Made by a program: the position numbers and the translations under genes. From assembly GCF_006345805.1 (NCBI RefSeq), contig NC_043012.1, positions 35,836,001 to 35,900,000 of the forward strand: a stretch of DNA of 64,000 nucleotides. The letters run 5' to 3'. Shown piece after piece: positions 51,186-64,000 of the stretch; the first letter of the stretch is position 1; every line of letters begins with the position of its first letter. A model generated the notes under the pieces. That model ran no database searches. It was not told the origin of the DNA and saw only the letters and a list, made by a program, of their open reading frames with translations. The DNA comes from Octopus sinensis (lineage: Eukaryota).

Positions 51186-51399
51186 CCCATTAGTGCCCAT
51201 AGTCCATTCTTTAGGACCAAAAGGATAATCCATCATATTTCTGTAACACCTGTATTTTCCTGAGATACCTTTAGTTAGTCTTCAAGACTGGGGTGCCTTT
51301 CACATATTGTAATAAAACTTTCTTTTTTATATTTAGTATCAGATAAAAAAACAGATTTTTCGTAATAAATTAAATAAAAAACGTTTGGGCCCTAATGGG
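51186..51399. mobile_element. piggyBac-type MITE (second family)
   Basis: Left ttaaaa|cccattagtgccca, right tgggccctaatggg|ttaa: 14-bp TIR with one mismatch; TTAA at the right end, TTAAAA at the left. Confidence 0.75.
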
Positions 51400-51469
51400 T
51401 TAACAGCAGCAAACCTTGCTTTCAACACTCAGGATTATTTCATGCTCAGAATTGTCAAAGTAAGGGATA

Positions 51470-51690
51470 AACTATGTGCCCCTGGACGAAATGCTTTGCG
51501 GTGTTTCGTCTGCTGCTGTGTTCTGAGTTCAAATTCCGCCGAGGTCGACTTTGCCTTTCATCCTTTCGGGGTCGATAAATTAAGTACCAGTTACGCACTG
51601 GGGTCGAATGTAATTGACTTAATCCCTTTGTCTGTCTTGTTTGTCCCCTCTGTGTTTAGCCCCTTGTGGGTAGTAAAGAAATATATGTAC
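51470..51690 (+). mobile_element. Family D SINE, near-consensus CpG-rich copy
   Basis: gttctgagttcaaattccgccgaggtcgactttgcctttcatcctttcggggtcgataaattaagtaccagttacgcactgggg. Confidence 0.85.
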
Positions 51691-51969
51691 CCCTGAAGTT
51701 AACTGTCACGACAGTGCCTCCTTCAAAAATGCTTCCTGCAATTTCCCAACCCTATTCCTGGTCTGCCAGTCTACCATTTCCTCTCTATGATCCTTTCATT
51801 GTTCCCTTTTCTATCTTTTTGTAGTTTTCTCCTGTCCAAGTTCTATGCAAGGATTTTAGGATTTTTTTTTTTTTTTTTTTTTTTTCTTTATTTGAATTAG
51901 GTTTGCTTTTTTGGCCCTCTTTTAACCTTTTCTCACAAGTTGTAGTGCATCTGAACGTTGTCGACGATA

Positions 51970-52133
51970 TGTTAGTCATCATCATCGTCACCACCACTAC
52001 AGCCATGACCACTACCAACATCATCATCATCATTGCCATCACCACTACCACCACCATCATCATCATCATTGCCATCACCACCACCACCATCACCACCACT
52101 AACACCACCACCATCATCACTACTACAACCATT

Positions 52134-52164
<31 letters not shown>

Positions 52165-52346
52165 CCATCATCATCATCACCATCATCATCACCACCACCA
52201 CCAACACCACCACCATCACCATCATCATCATCATCATCATCATCACCACCACCACCACCATCGCCATCATCATCATCATCACCACCACCACCACCACCAC
52301 CACCACCATCACCACCACCACCACCATCATCATCATCACCACCACC

Positions 52347-52401
<55 letters not shown>

Positions 52402-52529
52402 CCATCATCATCACCACCACCACCACCACCACCACCATCGCCATCATCATCATCACCACCACCACCACCACCATCACCACCACCACCATCATCATCATCA
52501 TCACCACCACCACCACCACCATCACCACC

Positions 52530-52563
<34 letters not shown>

Positions 52564-52605
52564 TCATCATCACCACAACCACCACCACCACCATTATCAT
52601 CATTA
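51970..52605. repeat. ~630-bp (ACC)/(ATC) trinucleotide mosaic
   Basis: Direct inspection; source of the poly-T/I, poly-P/S and poly-M/V ORFs in the track. Confidence 0.95.
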
Positions 52606-52789
52606 AGGTGGTGAATTTACAGAATGTTGGACAAAATGCTTAGAAGCCTTTTTACCCGTCTTTTCATTCTGAGTTCAAATTCTGCTGACATTGACATTGG
52701 CTTCTGGGCCAAGAAATGCTATTTTCCCAATATGCTCTACTTTCATTTTCATTCCTATTATTCCCAACCAATTTCCAAATTCCTTTTTT

Positions 52790-53268
52790 TTTTTCTTTGC
52801 TCACCCTACCTTGGCTACCAATGCACTTTGACCTCAGAGTTTTGATTTCTCCTCACAGCTTCACATTGCATCATTTTTTTCTCCTTCTTTTGTGATGATT
52901 TTTCTCTCACCATGGCAAGCAATGTCTATGATTTGGCACAATTCTTCTTCCTTATCTACCATCTCCTCAGCATTCAATTCTATGATCACACTGGTTCGTG
53001 AAGTCCCAAAAGATCTTTACATTTTGCCATTTTCTTCCATACCTTTTGGCTTGGGCTCATATCTTTTTCTCTCTTTCCAAACCAAAACTTGTTACATAGT
53101 TCCCACTGGACCATTTTGATGACATTGTCATGCCTTCTCTTTTATTCTTCCCAGGCCCATTTGCTGCATTTGCTTAAAACATGCCATGCTGTCTCTCCAG
53201 TTTTACGATATACTCTGCAGTTGTCAGGTTCTCCTGATTGGTCAGTTTTGTGCTTGATGTAGTTTCTT
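52790..53268 (-). mobile_element. R4/Dong-type retrotransposon C-terminal fragment (CCHC knuckle + REL endonuclease region), decayed
   Basis: Minus strand: DNCRVYRKTGETAWHVLSKCSKWAWEE*KRRHDNVIKMVQWELC..., then frameshifted YEPKPKGMEENGKCKIFWDF..QCDHRIE. Confidence 0.7.
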
Positions 53269-53878
53269 CCGCAGAATCGTTAGCTGGGCTAAAGGCTTAG
53301 TAGCATTTCGTCCGTCTGTATGTTATGAGTTCAAATGCCATGAGAGTCGACTTTGCCCTTCATCCTTTTTGGGGTCAATAAAATAAGTAGCTGTTGATTT
53401 ATCCCTTGCACAAAACTTGCTGGTGGTAAGGTCCTTAGATACTAAGAACCTTATTATTGTTACGTTCTGAGTTCAAATTCTACCGAGGTCGACTATGCCT
53501 TTCATCTTTTCAGGGTCAATAAATTAAGTATCAGTGAAACACTGGGGTCATGTAATCGACTAGTCCTCTCCCCTAAAATTTCAGGTCTTGTACCTTTAGC
53601 AGAAGGGATCATCATCATCATCATCATCGTCATCATCATCATCATTATTCTCAGTTGCCCTTGTGACTCAATACATCACATATGCTGTTTCCCATCCAGC
53701 TCTTTGTTATCAGTCCTTACAAGCCAAGACCAACCTTCTTTCCACTTGTTCCACACCTCTCACAGAGCTGTATTATTCCACCAATATGAGGCTTGCTGCT
53801 GGACTGGAACTTTGCTCCATCCTTAGAATTAGATGTTGGCTTGCAATAGGATTCCAATGCATTTACTTGCTACCTCAT

Positions 53879-53963
<85 letters not shown>

Positions 53964-54606
53964 GCTTGCAGTCTTTCTCTCTGTGTAACAAGAATTAAAA
54001 GTTAAGTTTTTCCACAGAAATCCTTTAGTATAATAATGCGCTTATCGTATGCAGTGCAGTGCTGGGGGGGGGGGGGCACTACTCCTCCTTGGGGAAAGCT
54101 AAAGTGGGGAATAGAAAGTAGCAATGAAAGATAGTCGTGTAAGCCAAAGGGACATGCATAGCTGAGAGAATAAAGCAAAAAAGAGAGTAAAGCAATCAGT
54201 AAAACATCCATAAAGAGGGAAGGGTGGATGGGCATGTCAGATGCAGTATTGGTGAATTTTGGGAAGTGGTGAATTTTAGAAGAATGCAGTGTCCTGACAT
54301 CAAATGACTGATGCAGGTAGTTTGTTCTATATTTTGATAATTCTGGGTGTAAAAAAATGTTTCTGAAAATCATTGGTGCTGCCTTATTTTTTGGTTTTAT
54401 AAGGGTGTCTCCAAGTGGTAGAGATATTGGATTCAAAACAAGGTGGCCAAAATTGTTGGAAAGATGTTGGGTAATCTTGTGGTCTTCTACCGAATCAGCT
54501 GCTTAACATTCAGACTTTTGTGTGTCAATGCCCAGAGAAGCAATATGCTCAAGTGTGTAGGTCTAATTAGAATTTTAGTCACCTCTTCCATTAATAACTC
54601 AATTAA

Positions 54607-54815
54607 CCCTTTCAATATCAACCCGGCTGAGACTGCCTCTGGCTCTGTAGCACAAATGTCTTGTTTTCAGAAATCTTCCACCAAACCTTAGTCACGATTT
54701 ATGTTCCTAACCCTAGCTTAATGATAACTAAGTTATCTCACTAAATTCTTTGTTATATTTAAAATTAATTGTAAGAAACACAGAGCATCTCAACAGAAAT
54801 ATGGTAACAAAAGGG
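54607..54815. mobile_element. piggyBac-type MITE (third family) with a partial tandem copy at ~54835-54926
   Basis: TTAA|CCCTTT...AAAGGG|TTAA; a diverged relative lies at ~49370-49522. Confidence 0.8.
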
Positions 54816-55149
54816 TTAACAAATGATTAATTAAACCCTTTTCATACCAACCTGGCTTAAACTGCTTCGTGTTTTGTAGTGCAAATGTCTTGTTTTCAAA
54901 AGTTCTGAATTAAAATCTTCCACCAACGATCACGCTCAGATGGTGCTTTTAACGTTCGACTGACATGGGTACCAAGCAAGCGGTACTGTCATCGGCCATG
55001 TCAGCGATTTTGATTTCACTTGCCTCAACAGGTCTTCACCAGCAAAGTTTATTATCCAATGAATGAAGGGTACTCATACGTGGGCTGGTTATACACCATT
55101 GGCATAGGCCATGGGTTATGGTCTTGGCTTGCCAGGTTTTCTCAAGCAC

Positions 55150-55890
55150 AGCCTATCTCTAAAGGTCTCAGGGTTGATAAAATAGTACCAGTTGTGCATT
55201 GAGGGTCAGTGTAACCCTCTCCCACCAAATTTTAGGCCTTGTGCTTTTAGTAGAAACGAATATTAATAAAAGACAGCGAACTTGCAGAATCGTTAGCGTG
55301 TGAGAGGACAAAATACTTAGTGGCATTACTAGCAAGCTCCTTAGGTTCTGAGTTCAAATTTCACTGAGGTTGACTTTATCTTTCATCTTTTTGGAGCTGA
55401 TAAGTACTGGGGTCAATGTAATCAAACAACTCCCTTCATCTAAAACTGTTTGCCTTGTACCAAAATTCAAAACAATTATCGTTATTATTATTAGGGGTAA
55501 GTTTAAGGCGGCAAGCTGGCAGAATCTTTTAGCACACTGGACGAAATGCTTCATGGTATTTTGCCAGTTCAAAATCCACTGAGGTCAACTTTGCCTTTCG
55601 CCCTTTCGGGGTCGATAAATTAAGTACCAGTTGCATACTGGGGTCAATCTAATTGACAGGCCCCCTCCCCAAAATTTAAGGTGTTTTGCTGGCAGAACTG
55701 TTGGCTCACTGAACAGAATGCTTTGCAGTATTTCATCCATATTTATGTACTGTGTTGAAATACCACTTTACCTTTTCATCCAATCAGGCTCGATAAAATA
55801 AGTACCAGTTGCGTACTGGGGTTGATGTAATCGACTAGACACTCCCTCCCCCCAGATTTCAGACTTTGGGCTTTTAGTAAAAAGGATTAT
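55150..55890 (+). mobile_element. Tandem cluster of four family D SINE copies or fragments
   Basis: Repeated ...cctttcggggtcgataaattaagtaccagttgc.tactgggg units, all in the + orientation. Confidence 0.8.
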
Positions 55891-57286
55891 CAGTGCTGTA
55901 TCTCAGACCATTGAACCTGTTGGGGCAAAACCAGGTTTTACCAGGTGCGAACGTCACATATCTTCAATATCGTTCGACTTGCTAGAAATAGCTGCTAAAT
56001 TCCCTTCTAACCACACACTATCATATTGTAAAAGGAAGGGCAGATTGTTTAAAGTAATCCTGGAGTCAATGTCTGAAACGAACATAGGAAAGAATTCTTT
56101 GATCAAGTTGTGCTTAATTCGAGTTAGCCTGGGGTTAAACAGCAATAGGCTTTCCCTCTCCTCCCCCCCACGCCTCCTTTCTTCGAGGAATGGGTCTATT
56201 GGAACGATAGACTTTTGTTCCCCTCAACGACAAACCAATTAATTCACTTTTAATTTTTCTACTCGTTAATTATCGATAGAGACCACCCATCACTGCTTTT
56301 ATCCGCTTTTATTTTATTCTGACCAGCGTATTATATCATATTTTCCTAATAATAATATCTTTATACTTTAATATTAACATAAATTGTATATATTTTTTCA
56401 CCCGTTATCACATTTTGCTTCAATTAACAAGAATTATTAAAGGGAAGTAACTTGTATTAATTGTTTCACACATTACCTCCCTTATTAATTTTGTGTTCAC
56501 CTTCCACATAGAAAAAGTTATCCTTTCAGCATTCTTTTGTTTTTGTTATTGTTCTTGTTCATGCTACATCCCTTACCTTATCGTGCATGGCCCTCGTTTT
56601 TTAAGCCAGAAAGATTTGTGATTTAAGAGCTACAATGTTGAGCAGGTTTAGGGGTAAATGTTTATATAAGTATGGCTACATTTCTGTGACTGGAATCCTT
56701 AAAAAAAAAGACAGGAAAAGTACATATATTCGTGTATGCACTCGCTCTCTCTTCTCAGCCACATGGTTCCAGGTTCAATCCCACTGCGTGGCCCATTGGG
56801 TTACTGTCTTCTACTGAAGCCTCGAGTCGACTAAGATTTTGTCAGTGGATTTGATAGACAGAAATGTGTGTGTGTGTTTGTCTTGGTGTTTGTCCCTCAC
56901 CACCACTTGACAACCATTGGGTGTGTGTTTACATCCCCGTAAGTTAGTGACTTAATAAGAGCGATCACTAGAATAAGTATCAAATGGTGCTCCAGCATGG
57001 TCACAATCTAATGACTGAAACAAAAGAAAGATGAAAATAAAGATTACGTATATGTGTGTGTGTTTATATATATATAGAATAAGAAAATTTTAGTGGTGAG
57101 GCTACTCCATGTGAAGTACAACTGTTTTTTGTGCTCGTTTATGAGCTAAGGAGTAATAAAATTTTTAGTAGAAGATAAAAATTTCAGTTGTCAGTAATTT
57201 ACATCCAATCTATATATCTATATATAATATATATATATATCTAGTATATTGATCTATATATATATAATAATATATTTATATATCTA

Positions 57287-57698
57287 GGCGCAGATGGCTG
57301 TGTGGTAAGTAGCTTGCTAACCAACTACATGGTTTCCAGGTTCAGTCCCACTGCGTGGCACCTTGGGCAAGTGTCTTCTACTATAGCCTCGGTCCGACCA
57401 AACCTTTGTGAGTGGATTTGGTAGGCGGAAACTGAAAAGAAGCCCGTCGTATATATGTATATATATATATGCATGTGTGTGTTTGTGTGTCTGTGTTTGT
57501 CCCCCTAGCATTGCTTGACAACTGATGCTGGTGTGTTTATGTCCCCGTTACTTAGCGGTTTGGCAAAAAAGACCGATAGAATAAGTACTGGGCTTACAGA
57601 AGAATAAGTCCTGGGGTCGAGTTGCTCGATTAAAGGCGGTGCTCCAGAATGGCTGCAGTCAAATGACTGAAACAAGTAAAAGAGTAAAGAGTAAAGAG
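57287..57698 (+). mobile_element. Full-length family C tRNA-derived SINE (probably CORE/OR-type)
   Basis: Head tggctgtgtggtaag...ggttcagtccc, CORE-like ccttgggcaagtgtctt, tail gtaaaagagtaaagagtaaagag. Confidence 0.85.
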
Positions 57699-57704
57699 TA
57701 TATA

Positions 57705-58015
57705 TGGGTACAGGATGTCACCAACTGTGTAAGCAGCATGAAGTATGAAAACAAATTAGCTAAATACACAAACAACAGGAGAAAAATGGAAAACAGGACA
57801 AGTAAACAGAGAGAAAGGACCCTTCATCAGTTGTCGGCTGTCTACCTACTCCTTGTTTCGAGCATTCAACGACAATTTGAGTCTTCAAAGAAAGTTGATC
57901 CCATAAATTCTAAAATAAAATTTAGGATTTATGAAGGGTCAAAGCTGGGTACAAAAACAGGACATTGGAAACTTACAAGGAAACCGAATGAAAATAAAGG
58001 TGGAAGGACATTAGA
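57705..58015 (-). mobile_element. Penelope-like terminal fragment
   Basis: Minus strand carries ...gctcgaaac...caactgatgaaggg..., a PLE-terminus-like signature; no complete hammerhead fold. Confidence 0.4.
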
Positions 58016-58084
58016 CTATGTGTGTGTGTGTGTGTGTGTTTATATTATATATATATATATATATATATAATATTGATGTTGCAG

Positions 58085-58446
58085 GCCAGGATGTTGCAAA
58101 AGGACATGAAGGCCTGCAACATCATATTAGCGGTTGGGAGGCAGTTGCCGGCAACCGTGGAGACTGGCGACGTACCGTAAAAGAGGGAATACAAAGGAGT
58201 GACAGAGAGAGAGAGAGGAGAAATGGAAAGACAAGAGAAGACGTCAACAAGAAACTATGGCATTACAACCAGCCATTACAACAGTCTTCGCTACATTTGC
58301 GGTACCTGCCAGAGGGAATGTTTGTCCAGGATAGGACTACACAGCCACAGCAGGAAATGTATCAGGACATGAAATGTAAAAGCCGGACTAAACTACTTTA
58401 TGCGCAACTCCATTGTCTCCCGAGACAAAAAGGATGCCAACAACAA
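58085..58446 (+). mobile_element. RTE (BovB-like) LINE 3' end
   Basis: WEAVAGNRGDWRRTVKEGIQRS, then YICGTCQRECLSRIGLHSHSRKC zinc finger; terminal hairpin gtctc-cc-gagac and ...ggatgccaacaacaa tail. Confidence 0.8.
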
Positions 58447-58614
58447 TATATATGTTGTATAATATTTTATTTTGGTCGAATTAGTCTCTTGCTACTTTGA
58501 GTTTCACCTGTAGATGCACAGAATGTTGGAGCAAGTTATAATTGTCATAACCTACCTGAAGAGCCTGGGGAAATGAAGAAGAGCATGAGACTGATTCAAC
58601 TAAAATATAATCTT

Positions 58615-58825
58615 TTCTACTATAGGTACAAGGCATGAAATTTGGGGGGAGGGGCTAGTTGATTAGATTGCCCCAGTACACAACTGGTACTTAGTTTATC
58701 GACCCCGAAAGGATGAATGGCAAAGTCGACCGCTGTGGAATTTGAACTCAGATTGTAAAGACAGATGAAATACCGCTAAGCATTTCACCTGGTGTGCTAA
58801 CGTTTCTACCAGCTCACCACCTTTC
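58615..58825 (-). mobile_element. Family D SINE
   Basis: atcgaccccgaaaggatgaatggcaaagtcgac...aatttgaactcaga. Confidence 0.8.
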
Positions 58826-58900
58826 AACCAAAATATAATACATTACTAATTGCTACTGTGCTATTGATTTCTCTTTTTTCTGACAGTTAACTCTAAACAG

Positions 58901-58964
<64 letters not shown>

Positions 58965-58993
58965 GCGTGTGTGTGTGTATATATATATGTATA

Positions 58994-59420
58994 TTAACCA
59001 GCACAAGACTATATCCATTAGTAACAGAACCAAAAGAGAAAAAATGTGGTCGACCTAACTGTGATACATGCCCCCACCTTTTGGAGGGTTCAGAATTCCA
59101 CTTTAAACAAGGTGAAATATTTCAGATTAAATCAAATTTCACCTGTGCCTCGGAAAATCTAATCTATGCCATTACATGCTTAGGGTGTGGTAATAATTAT
59201 ATTGGCCAAACAGGAATATTACTCCGTTGAAGAACCACTCTCCACAATGAACAAATCCGCCACCAACAATACAGACAGATACAGGTCAGCGAACACATAG
59301 AAAGGTGTGCTAGGAATCTTAATCCTAATTTCCTAATTTTTCCGTTCTATCAATGTTCACAGATCACCTCAGTACAACAAAGAATGAGTAAAGAGGCAAC
59401 TTTCATCAATAAATATAGCC
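58994..59420 (+). mobile_element. Penelope-like element GIY-YIG endonuclease fragment
   Basis: KKCGRPNCDTCPHL...[45 protein letters not shown]...VSEHIERC...FPFYQ...[12 protein letters not shown]; a single stop (probable CGA>TGA). Confidence 0.85.
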
Positions 59421-59526
59421 AATCCTCAGTCAAACCGTCCAACCCATGCCAGCATGGAAAGCAGATGTTAAACAATGATGATGATGATATGTATATATAT
59501 ATATATATATGTGTGTGTGTATATAT

Positions 59527-59565
<39 letters not shown>

Positions 59566-59919
59566 GTGTGTCTGTATATTTATGTGTATATATATATATA
59601 TGTATATATATCTGTATATATATATATATGTATGTATATATGTGTGTGTGTGTGTATGTATATATATATATACTACAAAATTAGAAATTGGAGAAACATA
59701 CTTAAATCAATAAAACATCAACTATCAGATGATACCCAATCAATACTTTATTACACCATTACATATCAGTAAAGGCATTATACAAAATATATAGTAAATA
59801 TAAATAGACAAGGAAATAGAAATATAAAATATAAAATATAATATACCTATCTAGCAGTATATTGGATATATGTTATCCCATGGTGGGTTGAATTTTTCAG
59901 CCCCTATCTCATTTTATAA

Positions 59920-59954
<35 letters not shown>

Positions 59955-60134
59955 CATGTACAATATGTGTACACACATACATATACCATCCTCCTCCTCA
60001 TCATCATTTAGTGTCTGTTTTCCATGCTGGCATGGGTTAGATGGTTTGACTGGAATTTGCAAGCTGGAGAACTGCACCAGGTTCTAATCTGATTTGGCAT
60101 GGTTTCTACGCTGGTTGCCCTTCTTACACCAACC

Positions 60135-60166
<32 letters not shown>

Positions 60167-60530
60167 ATATATAATATATATATATATATATTATATATAT
60201 CTGTGTGTATATATGTATATATATATTGGGGGGAGAGAGAGGAAAGCGAGAGAGAAATAATATATATAAGCTGTAGAAACACTGCCAGATCAGACTGGAG
60301 CCTGGAGCAGCCCCTGGCTCCCCAGACCCCGGTCGAACCGTCCAACCCGTGCTAGCGCGGAAAACGGACGTTAAATGATGATGATGATGATGATGATATT
60401 CACACACAGAATGCTGTGTATAAGCTGTCATCTAAATTATGCACAAATGAAAATAACACTGACATCTCATTTTAACAGATATATTTTACCAAAATTACGT
60501 AAAAATATCTTGAAATACTAAAGAGGAAAT

Positions 60531-60935
60531 TTATTCAATATAATTGTTATTGGTTCAACCATGGCCTCCAGACAACATCGGAATCCTCTGCAACTCTTCT
60601 GGGTGGTCACCTTGTTGAAGTTGGTGAATGCTGCCATAATCCTTGCCTTCAGTTCATCTTTGGTGTTACAAGGAGTTATGTTGGTCTCTTGTTCAACTGC
60701 TCCTCACACATAATAATCAAGGGGTTTGCAGTGTGGGGAGTTAGCCAGCCAGATGTTAGGGGTGATGTGGTCGCAGAAATTATCTGACAGCCATGTCTGG
60801 GTTCTCCTGCTTGTGTGGCATGATGCAGAGTCCTTCTGCCAGACGTAGGGTCCTCCAGCAGCCACTCTCTTGACCCAGGGCAGCTATTTCTTCTCCAAGC
60901 GCTTGATGTAGTCCTCAGATTGACACCCAAACTCT
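60531..60935 (-). mobile_element. maT-family (DD37D) Tc1/mariner transposase C-terminal remnant
   Basis: YVWQKDSASCHTSRRTQTWLSDNFCDHITPNIWLANSPHCKPLDYYV*GAVEQETNITPCNTKDELKARI...; 37 residues between the two Asp; stops and a frameshift are present. Confidence 0.85.
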
Positions 60936-61954
60936 CTGAAATGTTCATATTGAAGCTTGGCCTACAAATACCAAGCCATCTAGCATGTGATAGTGGTGAT
61001 GGTGTTGGTGTGGTGGTGGTGGTGGTGCAAGTCATTGCTAGCTGCGTTGTTCTTATTGTTGTTGTTTAACCCTGAGTCAGCTTAGCTTGAGCAGACCTAT
61101 GATCGAAATTGTTCCCACCATAAGCTTCACACTTTCCATGCAGACATACCTGCACATCATAAGAGTTTATCAAAATGGTTGGCATTAAGAAAAAATATTG
61201 AAACATAAAACAGTGATTTGTAAAGTGCTGTCCCACCCATGCCAGCAGGGAAAAGCGGAAACAAAATCGATGAAGAAGAAAGCCATCTTGGGACGATATT
61301 ATCCAAAATGTCGTTCTCTGTATTAGGGGTGGGTTGGGGTTTAATTGAAGGAGATTTCACGGTTGTTTTTATCGCAGATTGTGCAAACTGTATACAGGGT
61401 CCCTCGAGATGTTGGAAGTAGTGTTATTATTGCTGGAGGTACTAATGGTGGTGGTCATGGTGGTAGTCGTGGTGGTGGTCGTGGTGGTGGTTGTGGTGCA
61501 GTTGTAGTGATGTTGGTGGCTGTGAAGATGGTTGTGGTAGTAGTGGTGGTGATGGTGTAGCTAATGGTGGTGGTGGTGGTGGTGGTACTAGTGGTGTTAA
61601 TGCTTCTACAGTTGTTGTTGTTATTGTTGCTGCTGTTGTTGTTCCAAGCACTATCATTCTTAATGTCATCTTTGTTATTGCTATTGTGTTGTTGTTGTTG
61701 TGCTCATTGTTATTGTTATCCTGATTATAGTGAGTGCGATATATCTCTGTACCCATTCAGTGCACCATCAAAAGCCTTGCTTGCCAGTCTATCTCCCTAG
61801 GTGGTCATATTTAGAAGGTCAGCCACACAACCACAACTGACCGACAATTTACTCTCCTGCAATATTTAATATTCTCTGCTTCCCAGGCTTATCATTTATG
61901 AATTCATCACTGATGGAGCACTACCGTGCATGCTTTAACATGGGTGTGTCAGTG

Positions 61955-61985
<31 letters not shown>

Positions 61986-62063
61986 TGTGTGTGTGGTGTG
62001 TTGTGTGTGTGTTGGTGTGTGTGTGTGGTGTGTATGTTGTGTGTGTGGTGTATGTGTGTGTGT

Positions 62064-62125
<62 letters not shown>

Positions 62126-62208
62126 ATGACTATACTTTCACAAATATGATATATATGCTTGTACACAAATATATATTTGAAATATATTTGGATATACATA
62201 TGTGTGTG

Positions 62209-62245
<37 letters not shown>

Positions 62246-62348
62246 AAACATACACATATATATACATATACATCCAGACACATACATGTATACATATGAA
62301 CACACATATATGTAAAGAGAATGAGAATAGAAAGTGTAGTAAGCTTTA

Positions 62349-62432
<84 letters not shown>

Positions 62433-62471
62433 CACTTATCTGTGTGTGTGTGTGTGGTGTGTGTGTGTGTA

Positions 62472-62882
62472 TTCTTTAACTTGTTTCAGTCATTTGACTG
62501 CGGCCATGCTGAAGCACCGCCTTTAAGTTGAGCAAATCAACCCCAGGACTTATTCTTTGTAAGTCTAGTACTTATTCTATCAGTCTCTTTTGCTGAACCG
62601 CTAAGTTACCAGGACGTAAACACACCGGCATCAGTTGTCAAGCAATGTTGGAGGGAGGGGGGGGGGTCAAACACAGACACACAAATATACACACACATAC
62701 ATATATATAGAAACATATATATACGATGTGCTTCTTTCAGTTTCCGTCTACCAAATCCACTCACAAGGTTTTGGTTGGCCTGAGTCTATAGTAGAAGGCA
62801 CTTGGCCAAGGTGCCACACATTGGGACTGAACCCGGAGCCATGTGGTTAGTAAGCAAGCTATTTACCACACAGCCACTCCTG
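62472..62882 (-). mobile_element. Full-length family C SINE
   Basis: Reverse complement of the 57287-57698 family. Confidence 0.85.
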
Positions 62883-63263
62883 TATGTGTGTATGTATATA
62901 TTTATACACACACACACATACAAATCCGGGTGCATATTTGCATGTAGGCGTGCATGTCTTGTGAGAGAAGTGAGAAAGAGAGAAAGAGTGAATCAGAGAT
63001 TGTGAGAATGCTGTGTACCTCTTCAGGAAGATCAACCATTCAAGCTGGGATGGTTTGATGCATCCAGTAGCCCCCGAACATGAATATCCCTTTCTCACAC
63101 GCAATCTTCCCTCAACACTCACATGCAATACACACACATTGAAACAAACACACCCACACAAACACATGTATGAATAAATATGTATTATGTATAGTTAGTA
63201 TGTATGCTTATATGGGTTTAGGTATCTATGTGTGAATGTGTATATTTATATATGTATGTGTGA

Positions 63264-63312
<49 letters not shown>

Positions 63313-64000
63313 ATGTTTGTGCATGTCTGTGTTTATGTGCATGCATGCATGTGTATGTGTGTGTGTCTCTGTGTGTTTGTGTGTGTGTAAATACATATAT
63401 ATAATGCACATGTGTATTAAATGTTTATGTAAACAGATATGTGTGTGTGTACATGTGTGAATATATGTATGCACAAATTTATCGCTGTGTATGCATTTAT
63501 GTGCATGTATACAGATGTATGTATAAATGTGAACGTATGTATATTTGTACATAGAACCATATGTGTGTGTGTATGTGTGTGTTGTGCCATTGCTCCCTCT
63601 GCTGATAGCGACACCTCTAATATTAACCATGTGACCATCACAAACTGCTAGATTTTTCTAGATAAGCTGGTATATTCAGATAAAATATTTACAACACAGA
63701 ATGTTCTTTATCACCTGATAATTGAATAATTATATCAATAAGCTGTGTGTGTATGTGTTTGTGTGTGTGTATGTGTGTTTGTGTGTGTGTGTTTTTATGC
63801 GTTACTCTTTGCATATATATATATATGTGTATATGCATATATATGTGTTTGTGCAGATATATGTATGTAATATTTGCATGTTAAGTTATGCATGTGTATG
63901 CATATTTGCGTGTATGTCTATGTGTGTACTCATATATTATTCTCAGTATGTGTGTACACGTGCATGTGTGTGTGTACATGTGCATGTGTGTGTCAGTATG

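Noticed and set aside
61200-61800. Pro/Thr/His-rich minus ORFs near 61.2-61.8 kb
   Set aside because: Mostly (ACC)/(AAC) low complexity plus a family A tail remnant; no frame stays open across the unique part.
93-63651. The large majority of ORF-track entries (YI/CV/HT repeats, poly-M/V/T/P/S/L/N)
   Set aside because: They are translations of di-, tri- and tetranucleotide microsatellites, open on both strands and without splice context.

Overview
AT-rich, microsatellite-saturated eukaryotic DNA. The repeat families (tRNA-headed SINEs, RTE 3' ends with (GAT)n tails, TTAA MITEs, Penelope pieces) match what I recall from octopus/coleoid genomes, so the organism call is an inference. Nearly all ORFs in the supplied track are translations of simple repeats. 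The best-supported gene signal is on the + strand: an exon at 42706/42712-42873 encoding EWVCHLCRKRRVLVLSTGLWYHG (C-terminal half of a Rab-effector FYVE-like zinc finger, RIM/Piccolo/Fife/rabphilin type) and a phase-compatible 48-nt exon at 49189-49236. Much of the window is therefore probably intron of, or flank to, a large presynaptic active-zone-type gene. The rest is a dense TE record: L1-Tx1, CR1/L2, RTE, R4/Dong and Penelope fragments, mariner and maT (DD37D) remnants, one structurally complete non-autonomous Helitron, MITEs and dozens of SINEs. There is a 100-N scaffold gap at 49996-50095. I see no clear evidence of a wholly new multi-gene system. The most unusual items are minimal hammerhead-ribozyme-like motifs (one in a Penelope-like piece beside a perfect 75-nt palindrome, one inside a tRNA-headed SINE), a mariner derivative apparently built from two 3' ends, and several unverified antisense exon candidates.
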